A DNA stretch of 37,312 bases from an uncultured Clostridia bacterium (GTDB lineage Bacteria > Bacillota > Clostridia > Christensenellales > Aristaeellaceae): positions 1 through 37,312 of the forward strand of contig CAMOIA010000001.1 in the NCBI GenBank assembly GCA_946615785.1, written 5' to 3'. The position numbers were made by a program, and so were the translations under genes. Under the pieces are notes generated by a model. It saw only the letters and a list, made by a program, of their open reading frames with translations. It was not told where the DNA came from and searched no databases. Shown here piece after piece: positions 1 through 5,617 of this stretch. The first letter of the stretch is position 1. Each line of letters opens with the position of its first letter.

Positions 1-50
1 CCGCCGCAGCCCTCTCCGCCGCAGCCCTCTCCGCCGCAGCCCTCTCCGCC
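1..50. repeat. 15-bp tandem repeat ccgccgcagccctct (3.3 copies); a duplicate of 37263-37312 (assembly overlap)
   Basis: Direct reading. The unit is 15 bp (5 codons) and encodes (AAERA)n on the minus strand. Confidence 0.95.
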
Positions 51-790
51 GCTGCTTCCTTACTCAGCAGCAGTCCGCCGCCGAAAATGGACTTTTTGCT
101 TTCTTTCTGCGCGTCCAGTTCTGAAATATGCTCGCAGTCCGCCTGGCGGATCCATAGCCGTTGCCCGTATTTCGCCAGCCTGTAATCCTTGCCTGTGAGC
201 ACTTCATACGGATAAACATATTTGGGCAAAGCCTTTTTCCCGCGTTTTTGCAGCATCAAGCTCACCGTGTCCAGCGTTTCTTTTAATTCCGGTTCAATCT
301 TCACCGCGTATTCGTCCATATTGGTCACGAAACTCGTCAGCACGTTCGCGCCGTTCTCGTACCACAAATTCGCACCCACCAGATACACGCAGATTTTTTC
401 CTTTCGCCCCGGCTTTTTCATCAGTCCAACAACGGTCAGCGCGGGCGCGAACAAAAAGAACGGCACATTCTTTGCCAGATACCAGTCCACGATCTGCGCC
501 AGGATGCTGAACGGCGGGTTGTCCACCACGGCGCACCCTTCCGGATAGTCCTCCGCCTGATAGTCTCCGCCCGGCTTGAACGGCCGAAGGAAGTTCCCGC
601 GCCCGATCCTGTATTCCTTCTCCACCCAGTCCGCAACGGCTTCGTAAATCTCCGGCGGCGTGTAGCAGTCGTCCGTTGTCTTTGCTTCCTTGAACTTATC
701 CACAAAGGCCTGATACTGTTCCTCCCGGTGCTTCTCCACCATCGCGGCCATTTCGCCCATCATGATCTGGCCTTCCAGCTCGTCCCGCAT
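1..790 (-). CDS. DNA N6-adenine methyltransferase, 5' part (the CDS crosses the window junction and continues at 37312->37177)
   Basis: ATG at 790 with SD GGAG 7 nt upstream. There are no stops in this frame down to nt 1 (checked triplet by triplet). The translation contains 'TTDDCYTPPEIYEAV' and 'CAVVDNPPFSIL' (motif IV D/N-PP-F/Y of amino-methyltransferases). Confidence 0.7.
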   Translation of the reverse strand, partial: MRDELEGQIMMGEMAAMVEKHREEQYQAFVDKFKEAKTTDDCYTPPEIYEAVADWVEKEYRIGRGNFLRPFKPGGDYQAEDYPEGCAVVDNPPFSILAQIVDWYLAKNVPFFLFAPALTVVGLMKKPGRKEKICVYLVGANLWYENGANVLTSFVTNMDEYAVKIEPELKETLDTVSLMLQKRGKKALPKYVYPYEVLTGKDYRLAKYGQRLWIRQADCEHISELDAQKESKKSIFGGGLLLSKEAAAERAAAERAAAERAAA

Positions 791-1221
791 TCTCCTTCTC
801 CTTTATTGATCTTATCAAGGCAGCCCCTTCGTTTCCTCAGTCCCGGCGCCTTCATCGCGCCCGGAGGATTCCGCGCCGGGGCTGCCCGCCTCGGTGCGCC
901 GTTTTTGAAGGCCTCCCGGGTGCCTACTACAGCCGGCCTGTCGTCACCGGTTCCCCGTCGCCCGTTCGCCTTCTTTTTCTGCCGCGCCGAAATCCGAAAC
1001 GGCGCAGCCCGTCCTTGTCCGCCATCGCACGGGTTGGAAATTGGATCGCTTTGCACGTATCGAACACAACATCCCGCGCAGTTATCATTGGCCTGAAGGC
1101 CCGGCGCACTCCGGCAAAGATTCACGCGGCGCCATATCATGGAAGAATGCTGGCACATCCTCCGCCGCGGAAATCACGCAGAAAAAAGTTTCCGTTTTCC
1201 CGATTTTTTTTGCAAAAACCG
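791..1221 (-). other. About 430-nt GC-rich non-coding leader between divergent operons, with nested inverted repeats
   Basis: The only ORFs here are Arg/Pro-rich, have no SD and look spurious. Inverted repeats: 819-827/878-886 (9 bp), 842-849/873-880 (8 bp), 984-989/1000-1005. A CCTCC anti-SD-like element on the minus strand lies at 863-867. Confidence 0.5.
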
Positions 1222-1250
1222 TTGACAATACTACGCAAAAGTAGTATAAT
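1222..1250 (+). promoter_or_regulatory. Consensus sigma-70-type promoter with an embedded palindrome
   Basis: TTGACA (1222-1227), 17-nt spacer, TATAAT (1245-1250). The inverted repeat ATACTAC-N6-GTAGTAT (1228-1247) fills the spacer and overlaps the -10. Confidence 0.75.
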
Positions 1251-1280
1251 TAAGCCATCCAATGAAGGAGGCAACAAACC

Positions 1281-1646
1281 ATGATGAACGAACTGAAAGC
1301 CGTTTCCGAAAAGCAGCTTACCTACGCCATGAAAGTCCGCGCCGATGCCCTCAACGATCTCGAACAGTTCCGCACCATCTTCGAAGGCGCTTCCAGCTTC
1401 TACGGCCAGAATCTTCTTTCCATCTACAGCGCCGGCCGCGATCTGATCCTCGGCCTCACCGATGCCTCCAGCGTGATCGAAAAGGCCGGCCTCATCGCGA
1501 ACGAAACCAAGGGCTTCGCTGCCAAGTGGGAACAGCATTACAACTTCTGCAAGCAGAACGGCCGCAAGCCCTGCTCCGCCAGGTTCGTTGTTGAGCACGC
1601 CCCCGCCTCCGCTTTCCGTTTCCTCAACGCTTCCGCTTTCAACTGA
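1281..1646 (+). CDS. Hypothetical protein (121 aa)
   Basis: ATG preceded by GAAGGAGG with a 9-nt spacer. First gene after the consensus promoter. Confidence 0.75.
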   Translation: MMNELKAVSEKQLTYAMKVRADALNDLEQFRTIFEGASSFYGQNLLSIYSAGRDLILGLTDASSVIEKAGLIANETKGFAAKWEQHYNFCKQNGRKPCSARFVVEHAPASAFRFLNASAFN

Positions 1647-1665
1647 TAAAAAGGAGGATCTTTCC

Positions 1666-1917
1666 ATGAAAACCATCACCTACAACGGCCATGAAATCCA
1701 GCTCACCGCGATCCGCTTCACCTTTGCCGATGAAACCGCCGTGCAGGACGGCATCCTGATCCACGATACCGCCGACGAATTTTCCGACGGCGACATCATC
1801 TACGGCGTACCCTTTGATTTCATCGATGACGCTTCCGATCTTGCCCAGCTCTTCGGCGATACCGGCTGCACCGTATTCACCCAGGGCGCCGACGGCATCT
1901 ACCATGCCGAAGCGTAA
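1666..1917 (+). CDS. Small highly acidic protein (83 aa; 16 D/E versus 2 K/R)
   Basis: ATG 1666 preceded by AAAGGAGGA. The longer track ORF from 1588 has no SD. The composition was counted by hand. Confidence 0.7.
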   Translation: MKTITYNGHEIQLTAIRFTFADETAVQDGILIHDTADEFSDGDIIYGVPFDFIDDASDLAQLFGDTGCTVFTQGADGIYHAEA

Positions 1918-1931
1918 AGGAGGCCCCCGCC

Positions 1932-2153
1932 GTGAAAATGGAACTTTCAAATCTGCTCCCCCTCTCTGAGTTCGCCGCCCGCATCGGGCGCGATCCCGCC
2001 ACCATCCGGCAGAAAATCCTTCGCGGCAATCTGCCGGGTGCCGTGAAAATCGGCCGCGACTGGTTCGTGCCAGCGGACATCGCCTACAATGATCGCCGGA
2101 TCAAATCCGGCAAATACATCGGCTCCCGCGAATCCTCCGAGCGCCCTGAGTGA
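1932..2153 (+). CDS. Excisionase/MerR-type helix-turn-helix DNA-binding protein (73 aa)
   Basis: GTG start 10 nt after AAGGAGG. 'LSEFAARIGRDPATIRQKILRGNLPGAVKIGRDWFVP' matches the excisionase-family HTH pattern. Confidence 0.7.
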   Translation: MKMELSNLLPLSEFAARIGRDPATIRQKILRGNLPGAVKIGRDWFVPADIAYNDRRIKSGKYIGSRESSERPE

Positions 2154-2167
2154 TCATGGCGTTTTTT
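2141..2167 (+). terminator. Weak candidate terminator of the plus-strand operon
   Basis: gcgcc-N12-ggcgt stem (5 bp including a G-U pair) followed by T6. It converges on the end of the minus-strand operon. Confidence 0.3.
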
Positions 2168-2173
2168 CTGCCC

Positions 2174-2362
2174 TTACTCAATCCATATCCTGTCCGGCAG
2201 ATTGCTTAGCAGCTGATCAAAGGCTGCTGACGCCTTCCCGAAATCGTACTTGAACCCCATCGTTTCCTCCTCGGCGGCCTTGTACGCATCCTCCAGCGCC
2301 CGCATCCGCCTTCGCTCCTCTTCGTGTTCCCGGATGATCCGGTTCTGCTCAGCTTTGTCCAC
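2174..2362 (-). CDS. Hypothetical small charged protein; last gene of the early operon
   Basis: GTG 2362 lies 5 nt after GGAGG. Alternative starts are TTG 2422 or ATG 2305, so the start is uncertain. Confidence 0.35.
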   Translation of the reverse strand: MDKAEQNRIIREHEEERRRMRALEDAYKAAEEETMGFKYDFGKASAAFDQLLSNLPDRIWIE

Positions 2363-2615
2363 CGTCCGCCTCCAGATCCTCGGCCATGGCGTCCTCGTCC
2401 ATTGCGCAGTCAAATCCGGCAAGATAGCTCACGGAAACGCCCAGCGCCTTCGCCACCACCACGATGTCCACGATGTTCGCCCCGAACCGCGTCAGGCCGA
2501 AGATTCTTTCCCGGCTCATGCCAAGGCGCTTTTCAAGCTCGCTCACCTTCACGCTCCTGGCGTCGATGGCCTTTCCCACCCGGTCGGCGTAGATCAGTTT
2601 AAAGTTATCTTTCAT
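2349..2615 (-). CDS. XRE-family HTH protein (88 aa)
   Basis: ATG 2615 overlaps the upstream stop as ATGA. 'VKVSELEKRLGMSRERIFGLTRFGANIVDIVVVAKALGVSVSYL' is HTH_3-like. The 209-aa track ORF (to 2978) has an implausible N-terminus. Confidence 0.7.
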   Translation of the reverse strand: MKDNFKLIYADRVGKAIDARSVKVSELEKRLGMSRERIFGLTRFGANIVDIVVVAKALGVSVSYLAGFDCAMDEDAMAEDLEADGGQS

Positions 2616-2935
2616 CGTTTCCACCCGTTTCTGATCAATCCGGCCCGGCTGGTTCTTGCGATTCTCACCCCGCTGGTCAGCCTCTCCCGGTCGCAGTACG
2701 CAAAGGCCTGGCACGTTTTCCGAAGTCTCGCCGTTTCCCTCTCCTGCTCCCGGATCCCGCGCATAACATCCCGGAAAAAAGCCCTCTGCCGTCTCCGCTC
2801 CTCGCGTTCTGATCCCTCTCTCCAGATTGCAAACATTGACTTTCCCTTTCTCCATGGGGTATAATACCCATGGCTTTTCATGTAAGCCTCCGTTACCGGC
2901 CCCGGCGCATTCTCCCTGCGCCTGGGCCTTTTCAT
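2612..2935 (-). CDS. Hypothetical basic protein (107 aa)
   Basis: ATGA stop/start overlaps at both ends (2932-2935 and 2612-2615) link it into the operon. It is Arg-rich and has no recognisable motif. Confidence 0.5.
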   Translation of the reverse strand: MKRPRRRENAPGPVTEAYMKSHGYYTPWRKGKSMFAIWREGSEREERRRQRAFFRDVMRGIREQERETARLRKTCQAFAYCDRERLTSGVRIARTSRAGLIRNGWKR

Positions 2936-3390
2936 TTGCCTTTTTGCTGCTCCGCCTTCTGGCTTTCAAATTCCGCATACAGCTCGTCCGCGCTGCACAA
3001 AAATGCCGATGCGAGCCTTTCCATCGTCGCCGAGCCGATACGCCTCACGTGCCCGCACTCAATCACGGAAATGTACACCCGCGAAACCCCGGACACCTGC
3101 CCCAGCCTTTCCTGTGTCATCCCGGCGTGAAACCGTCTGCGCTTCAGCCAGTTTCCCGGTTCCGGCTTCTTCTTTCTTTCAGGCTTCCCCCATTCCGCTT
3201 CCATCTCTTCTTTCAGTTCCGCAGCCGTGCACCCGAACGCTTCCGCCAGATTCTCTACTGTTTTCCTTTTCAGCGTTTTGAAGCGCCCGTTTTCCACCAG
3301 GCTGATATAGCCCTGCTCCGTCCCGATCAGATCCGCGAGTTTTTGCTGCGACATTCCCGCCGCCGTTCGTCTGTCCCTCAGCCAGCTCAT
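2932..3390 (-). CDS. Tandem double XRE-family HTH protein (152 aa)
   Basis: ATG 3390 follows AAAGGAGGA and overlaps the upstream stop as ATGA. There are two HTH_3-like units: 'GMSQQKLADLIGTEQGYISLVENG' and 'GMTQERLGQVSGVSRVYISVIECG'. Confidence 0.8.
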   Translation of the reverse strand: MSWLRDRRTAAGMSQQKLADLIGTEQGYISLVENGRFKTLKRKTVENLAEAFGCTAAELKEEMEAEWGKPERKKKPEPGNWLKRRRFHAGMTQERLGQVSGVSRVYISVIECGHVRRIGSATMERLASAFLCSADELYAEFESQKAEQQKGK

Positions 3391-3659
3391 ACCGTCCTCC
3401 TTTTGCAGGTTCCGTCCGGGTTTGTCCATTCGTTCAGCAGCACCACCGCCGGCCGTTTCCGGCGTTTCGCCGGTTTCTCGCTGTGCACCCGGGTGTTCTC
3501 CCTCTCCCAGATCGCAAGGTTGCTTTCCGTCACCATCAGAATCCGGCGCTTTCCGGTGCCGATGTTCACGCTGTTCATTTTGCCAAGCATCTCCTTGGCT
3601 TTTTCCCGGCTCACACCGTACCGCGCCATAATGTCCCCGGCTCCGTACAGTTTCTCCAT
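3387..3659 (-). CDS. Small putative DNA-binding protein (90 aa)
   Basis: ATG 3659 follows CAGGAGG. 'AGDIMARYGVSREKAKEML' is HTH-like. Basic C-terminus. Confidence 0.6.
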   Translation of the reverse strand: MEKLYGAGDIMARYGVSREKAKEMLGKMNSVNIGTGKRRILMVTESNLAIWERENTRVHSEKPAKRRKRPAVVLLNEWTNPDGTCKRRTV

Positions 3660-3661
3660 TT

Positions 3662-3928
3662 TCAGCGCCTCCTGAACCGCGCCCCGTATGGGCACGTGGC
3701 GAAGTGGCTGATATACCCGCGGTGCTTGTCCTGGTCTCCAGGCTCCGCCGGCACGCCCGTCACCACGTTCCCGTCCTCAAGCACGTACTTGTTCCGCCCG
3801 TTCAGGTCCGGCACGAACTCCACCGGCTCCAGATCCACGGGCATCCGCTTTCCCTTCACGGTCTCAACAAAAAGCATTCGCGCCCCGCAGGCCTTGCACG
3901 CGGTTTCCCCGCTCACCTTCCCCCTCAT
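3662..3928 (-). CDS. Small Cys-containing (zinc-ribbon-like) protein (88 aa)
   Basis: ATG 3928 overlaps the upstream stop as ATGA. 'CKACGARM...HFATCP' suggests a CxxC...C metal site. Confidence 0.6.
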   Translation of the reverse strand: MRGKVSGETACKACGARMLFVETVKGKRMPVDLEPVEFVPDLNGRNKYVLEDGNVVTGVPAEPGDQDKHRGYISHFATCPYGARFRRR

Positions 3929-4083
3929 GCCGTTTCCTGCTCCTTCTCCTTCTCCTCGTCCGGGTCTTTCTTGGTTTCCAGTGCCGCCGTTCTCCCGGCA
4001 GCATAGCCAAGCACAAACTGCTTCGCGTTCTCCGGCAGCGTTCCAAGCGCCTCCATGATCTCTCCGCGCTCCTTTTCGCTCAT
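3925..4083 (-). CDS. First gene of the early (lytic-side) operon; 52-aa protein with an acidic tail
   Basis: ATG 4083 is 7 nt after TTAGGAGGGA. It lies directly downstream of the consensus minus-strand promoter. Confidence 0.6.
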   Translation of the reverse strand: MSEKERGEIMEALGTLPENAKQFVLGYAAGRTAALETKKDPDEEKEKEQETA

Positions 4084-4119
4084 ACAATCCCTCCTAACTT
4101 TCCTATTGGATACATAAAA

Positions 4120-4200
4120 CTGTCTTCCAAGACTTATTATATTGTCTGCCAAGACACCTGTCAATATATTTTCGACAAAAAAATTGTCTTGCAAGACAAT
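4120..4200. promoter_or_regulatory. Three palindromic operators: O1 4121-4134, O2 4143-4156, O3 4183-4200
   Basis: Consensus TGTCT-NNCA-AGACA. O3 is a perfect 18-bp palindrome (attgtcttgcaagacaat). Centre-to-centre spacing is 22 and 42 bp. Confidence 0.8.
4136..4164 (-). promoter_or_regulatory. Early/lytic promoter (perfect consensus)
   Basis: On the minus strand: TTGACA (4164-4159), 17 nt, TATAAT (4141-4136). O2 fills the spacer and O1 covers the start-site region. Confidence 0.8.
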
Positions 4201-4217
4201 TTTGAATGTGTTATATT
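4189..4217 (+). promoter_or_regulatory. Repressor-gene promoter
   Basis: TTGCAA (4189-4194, inside O3), 17 nt, TATATT (4212-4217), preceded by TG at 4209-4210. The predicted transcript would start only a few nt before the SD. Confidence 0.65.
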
Positions 4218-4237
4218 CTTGTCAAGGAGGTGATACC

Positions 4238-4603
4238 TTGGAAAGCATCGGCGCACGAATGAAAACCATTCGAAAAAAGTTCAATCTTACGCAGGAAGAG
4301 CTCGGCAATTTACTCGGCGTTCAGAACGCTGCCATTTCAAAATTTGAAAATGGAAGGGCAACGCCAACGGACGCATCTATCAAGCTGATTTGCGCCACCT
4401 ATCACGTCAATTATGCCTGGCTTACCCAGGGCGAAGGCCCCATGATGGAAGCGCTGGACACGGACGCCCTGGTCGATCAGTACATGGCCGGCGAATCCGA
4501 ACTTGCCAAATCCGTCATGAAAGCCTTTGCCCGTCTCCCCGACGAAGAATGGCAAAAGCTCCGCGACCTCATCCAGCGCATCAAAGACGAAGGGCACCCG
4601 TAA
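4238..4603 (+). CDS. CI-like XRE-family repressor (121 aa)
   Basis: TTG 4238 is 7 nt after AAGGAGG; ATG 4259 is an alternative. 'NLTQEELGNLLGVQNAAISKFENGRATP' is an HTH_3 motif. It is divergent from the early operon and co-oriented with int. No S24 peptidase motifs were seen. Confidence 0.8.
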   Translation: MESIGARMKTIRKKFNLTQEELGNLLGVQNAAISKFENGRATPTDASIKLICATYHVNYAWLTQGEGPMMEALDTDALVDQYMAGESELAKSVMKAFARLPDEEWQKLRDLIQRIKDEGHP

Positions 4604-4620
4604 CGGGTGTCCCCTTTTTT
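4592..4620 (+). terminator. Rho-independent terminator after the repressor gene
   Basis: gggcacccg-taa-cgggtg(t)ccc stem followed by T6. Confidence 0.7.
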
Positions 4621-4623
4621 CTG

Positions 4624-4652
4624 TTGACATTTTCACACCCGTTTTGTATATT
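4624..4652 (+). promoter_or_regulatory. Near-consensus promoter of the moron gene
   Basis: TTGACA (4624-4629), 17 nt, TATATT (4647-4652). Confidence 0.7.
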
Positions 4653-4670
4653 TTTCTCGGGGTGATCACA

Positions 4671-5264
4671 ATGAAAAAACAATCCGGCAGATTTAATAGA
4701 TTTACGCGGATCATGCTCCTCCTCTGCTGTGTCGCCACCGGCATGATTTTTGTGTATTACCACGGCAAAGCCTACCCATGGCCAAAGGAAACGCCCGTTT
4801 CTTTTTCCACGGAATCGCCCGCACCCGTCTCCCTTCCGCAGCCACGCGCGACGGCTGCCCCGGCCTATGCGTATGCCCAGCCAATTACCTTTACAACATC
4901 CACGCCGCGCCCCTTTAAGACCTTCCGTCCCCTTACGCCTGTTCCTGAAAGCTTCCGGTCATCATCCGAAAACAGCGCGACGGCCCCTCCGTCATCGTCC
5001 TCGCGCATCGGTGCAAAGCCCGCCCCGCAGTATTATGCTTCCGTCAGCACCGCCGCCCCGCAGCGCTTCGCTTCCGTTCGCACCGCCGCGCCCGCCCAGA
5101 ATCTTGGGCGCTACACCCTGAACCTTGAATCAAAGGTCATTCACGATCCTGAATGCCACACCATCGAACGCACCTCAGATTACAAACTCCAGACCGGTTA
5201 TTTCGATCTGGATGCTCTTCTCCGGCAGGGCTACCGCCGCTGCCACACCTGCTGGCCACGCTAA
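4671..5264 (+). CDS. Membrane-anchored Pro/Ser/Thr/Ala-rich protein with a C-terminal Cys/His metal-binding-like domain (197 aa)
   Basis: ATG 4671. N-terminal 'RIMLLLCCVATGMIFVYY' is a TM anchor, followed by a low-complexity linker. C-terminal 'VIHDPECHTIERTS...GYRRCHTCWP'. Confidence 0.7.
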   Translation: MKKQSGRFNRFTRIMLLLCCVATGMIFVYYHGKAYPWPKETPVSFSTESPAPVSLPQPRATAAPAYAYAQPITFTTSTPRPFKTFRPLTPVPESFRSSSENSATAPPSSSSRIGAKPAPQYYASVSTAAPQRFASVRTAAPAQNLGRYTLNLESKVIHDPECHTIERTSDYKLQTGYFDLDALLRQGYRRCHTCWPR

Positions 5265-5287
5265 GGAGGTTCCCACCAAAAACAAAA

Positions 5288-5313
5288 AGCGCCCCTTCTG
5301 GCGCTCTCTTTTT
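5288..5313. terminator. Terminator after the moron gene (A-run upstream and T-run downstream, so possibly bidirectional)
   Basis: agcgcc-ccttct-ggcgct stem followed by ctcttttt. Confidence 0.7.
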
Positions 5314-5314
5314 C

Positions 5315-5334
5315 AGGGTCAAAAATAGGGTCAA
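5315..5334 (+). repeat. Two direct AGGGTCAA repeats 12 bp apart (candidate integrase arm-type sites, left arm)
   Basis: agggtcaa at 5315-5322 and 5327-5334. Confidence 0.6.
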
Positions 5335-5373
5335 TTCTTCTCTATCCCTTTATTTTATTATGCCTCATTCCCC

Positions 5374-5415
5374 CTCCGACTCTGAAGGCCGTGGGTTCGA
5401 ATCCCGCCGGGCGCA
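5374..5415 (+). other. attP core: 3' half of a tRNA-Arg(CCG), from the anticodon loop to the discriminator base; not a complete tRNA gene
   Basis: Anticodon loop ctCCGac (U33, CCG, A37). T-arm gtggg-TTCGAAT-cccgc. Acceptor 3' strand cgggcgc plus a. No matching 5' acceptor (gcgcccg) or anticodon-stem partner lies upstream. Confidence 0.75.
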
Positions 5416-5424
5416 TACCAAAAA

Positions 5425-5465
5425 CCCCTTGAAATTCCTCACTTTTCAGGATTTCAGGGGGTTTT
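5425..5465 (+). terminator. Rho-independent terminator immediately 3' of the tRNA fragment
   Basis: ccccttgaaat / atttcaggggg form an 11-bp stem (one G-U pair) followed by TTTT. Confidence 0.65.
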
Positions 5466-5533
5466 CTTGTGCCAAAGAAAAGAAGGAAAAAGAGAAAAAA
5501 AGCCGGTTTTTTCTTGATTAAAACAAAAAAAAG

Positions 5534-5553
5534 AGGGTCAAAACGAGGGTCAG
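5534..5553 (+). repeat. Two direct AGGGTCA(A/G) repeats 12 bp apart (candidate arm-type sites, right arm)
   Basis: agggtcaa at 5534-5541 and agggtcag at 5546-5553. Unit, orientation and 12-bp phasing match 5315-5334. Confidence 0.6.
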
Positions 5554-5617
5554 CCCCTTGCGCTTTTTCGTCTATTCGTTTACACTTGTCTTAAATCTTT
5601 TATTTTTTGGAGGAAAC

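Noticed and set aside
760-1158. ORFs in the leader region: 760-1158 minus (132 aa), 728-1096 plus (122 aa) and 1137-1679 minus (180 aa).
   Set aside because: They are Arg/Gly/Pro-rich, have no SD and overlap each other and real genes. The region is better treated as non-coding.
2349-2978. The full-length 209-aa track ORF, and similar N-terminally extended track ORFs (27782-30028, 32111-33106, 34446-34949, 33979-34479, 18477-20129, 20060-20482, 4142-4603, 4527-5264, 5558-6775).
   Set aside because: The extensions overlap upstream genes and lack SDs. Internal starts with GGAGG-type SDs and stop/start coupling give more credible gene models, which are the ones used in the feature table.
5340-5420. 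A possible complete tRNA gene.
   Set aside because: Only the anticodon loop, variable loop, T-arm and 3' acceptor strand are present. No 5' acceptor strand (gcgcccg), D-arm or 5' anticodon stem lies upstream. I interpret it as the attP core rather than a functional tRNA.
5579-5606. A possible int promoter (TTTACA-16-TATTTT) with an operator half-site TTGTCTT at 5586-5592.
   Set aside because: The hexamers are weak and only half a palindrome is present. It is mentioned in the switch finding but is not strong enough to list as a feature.
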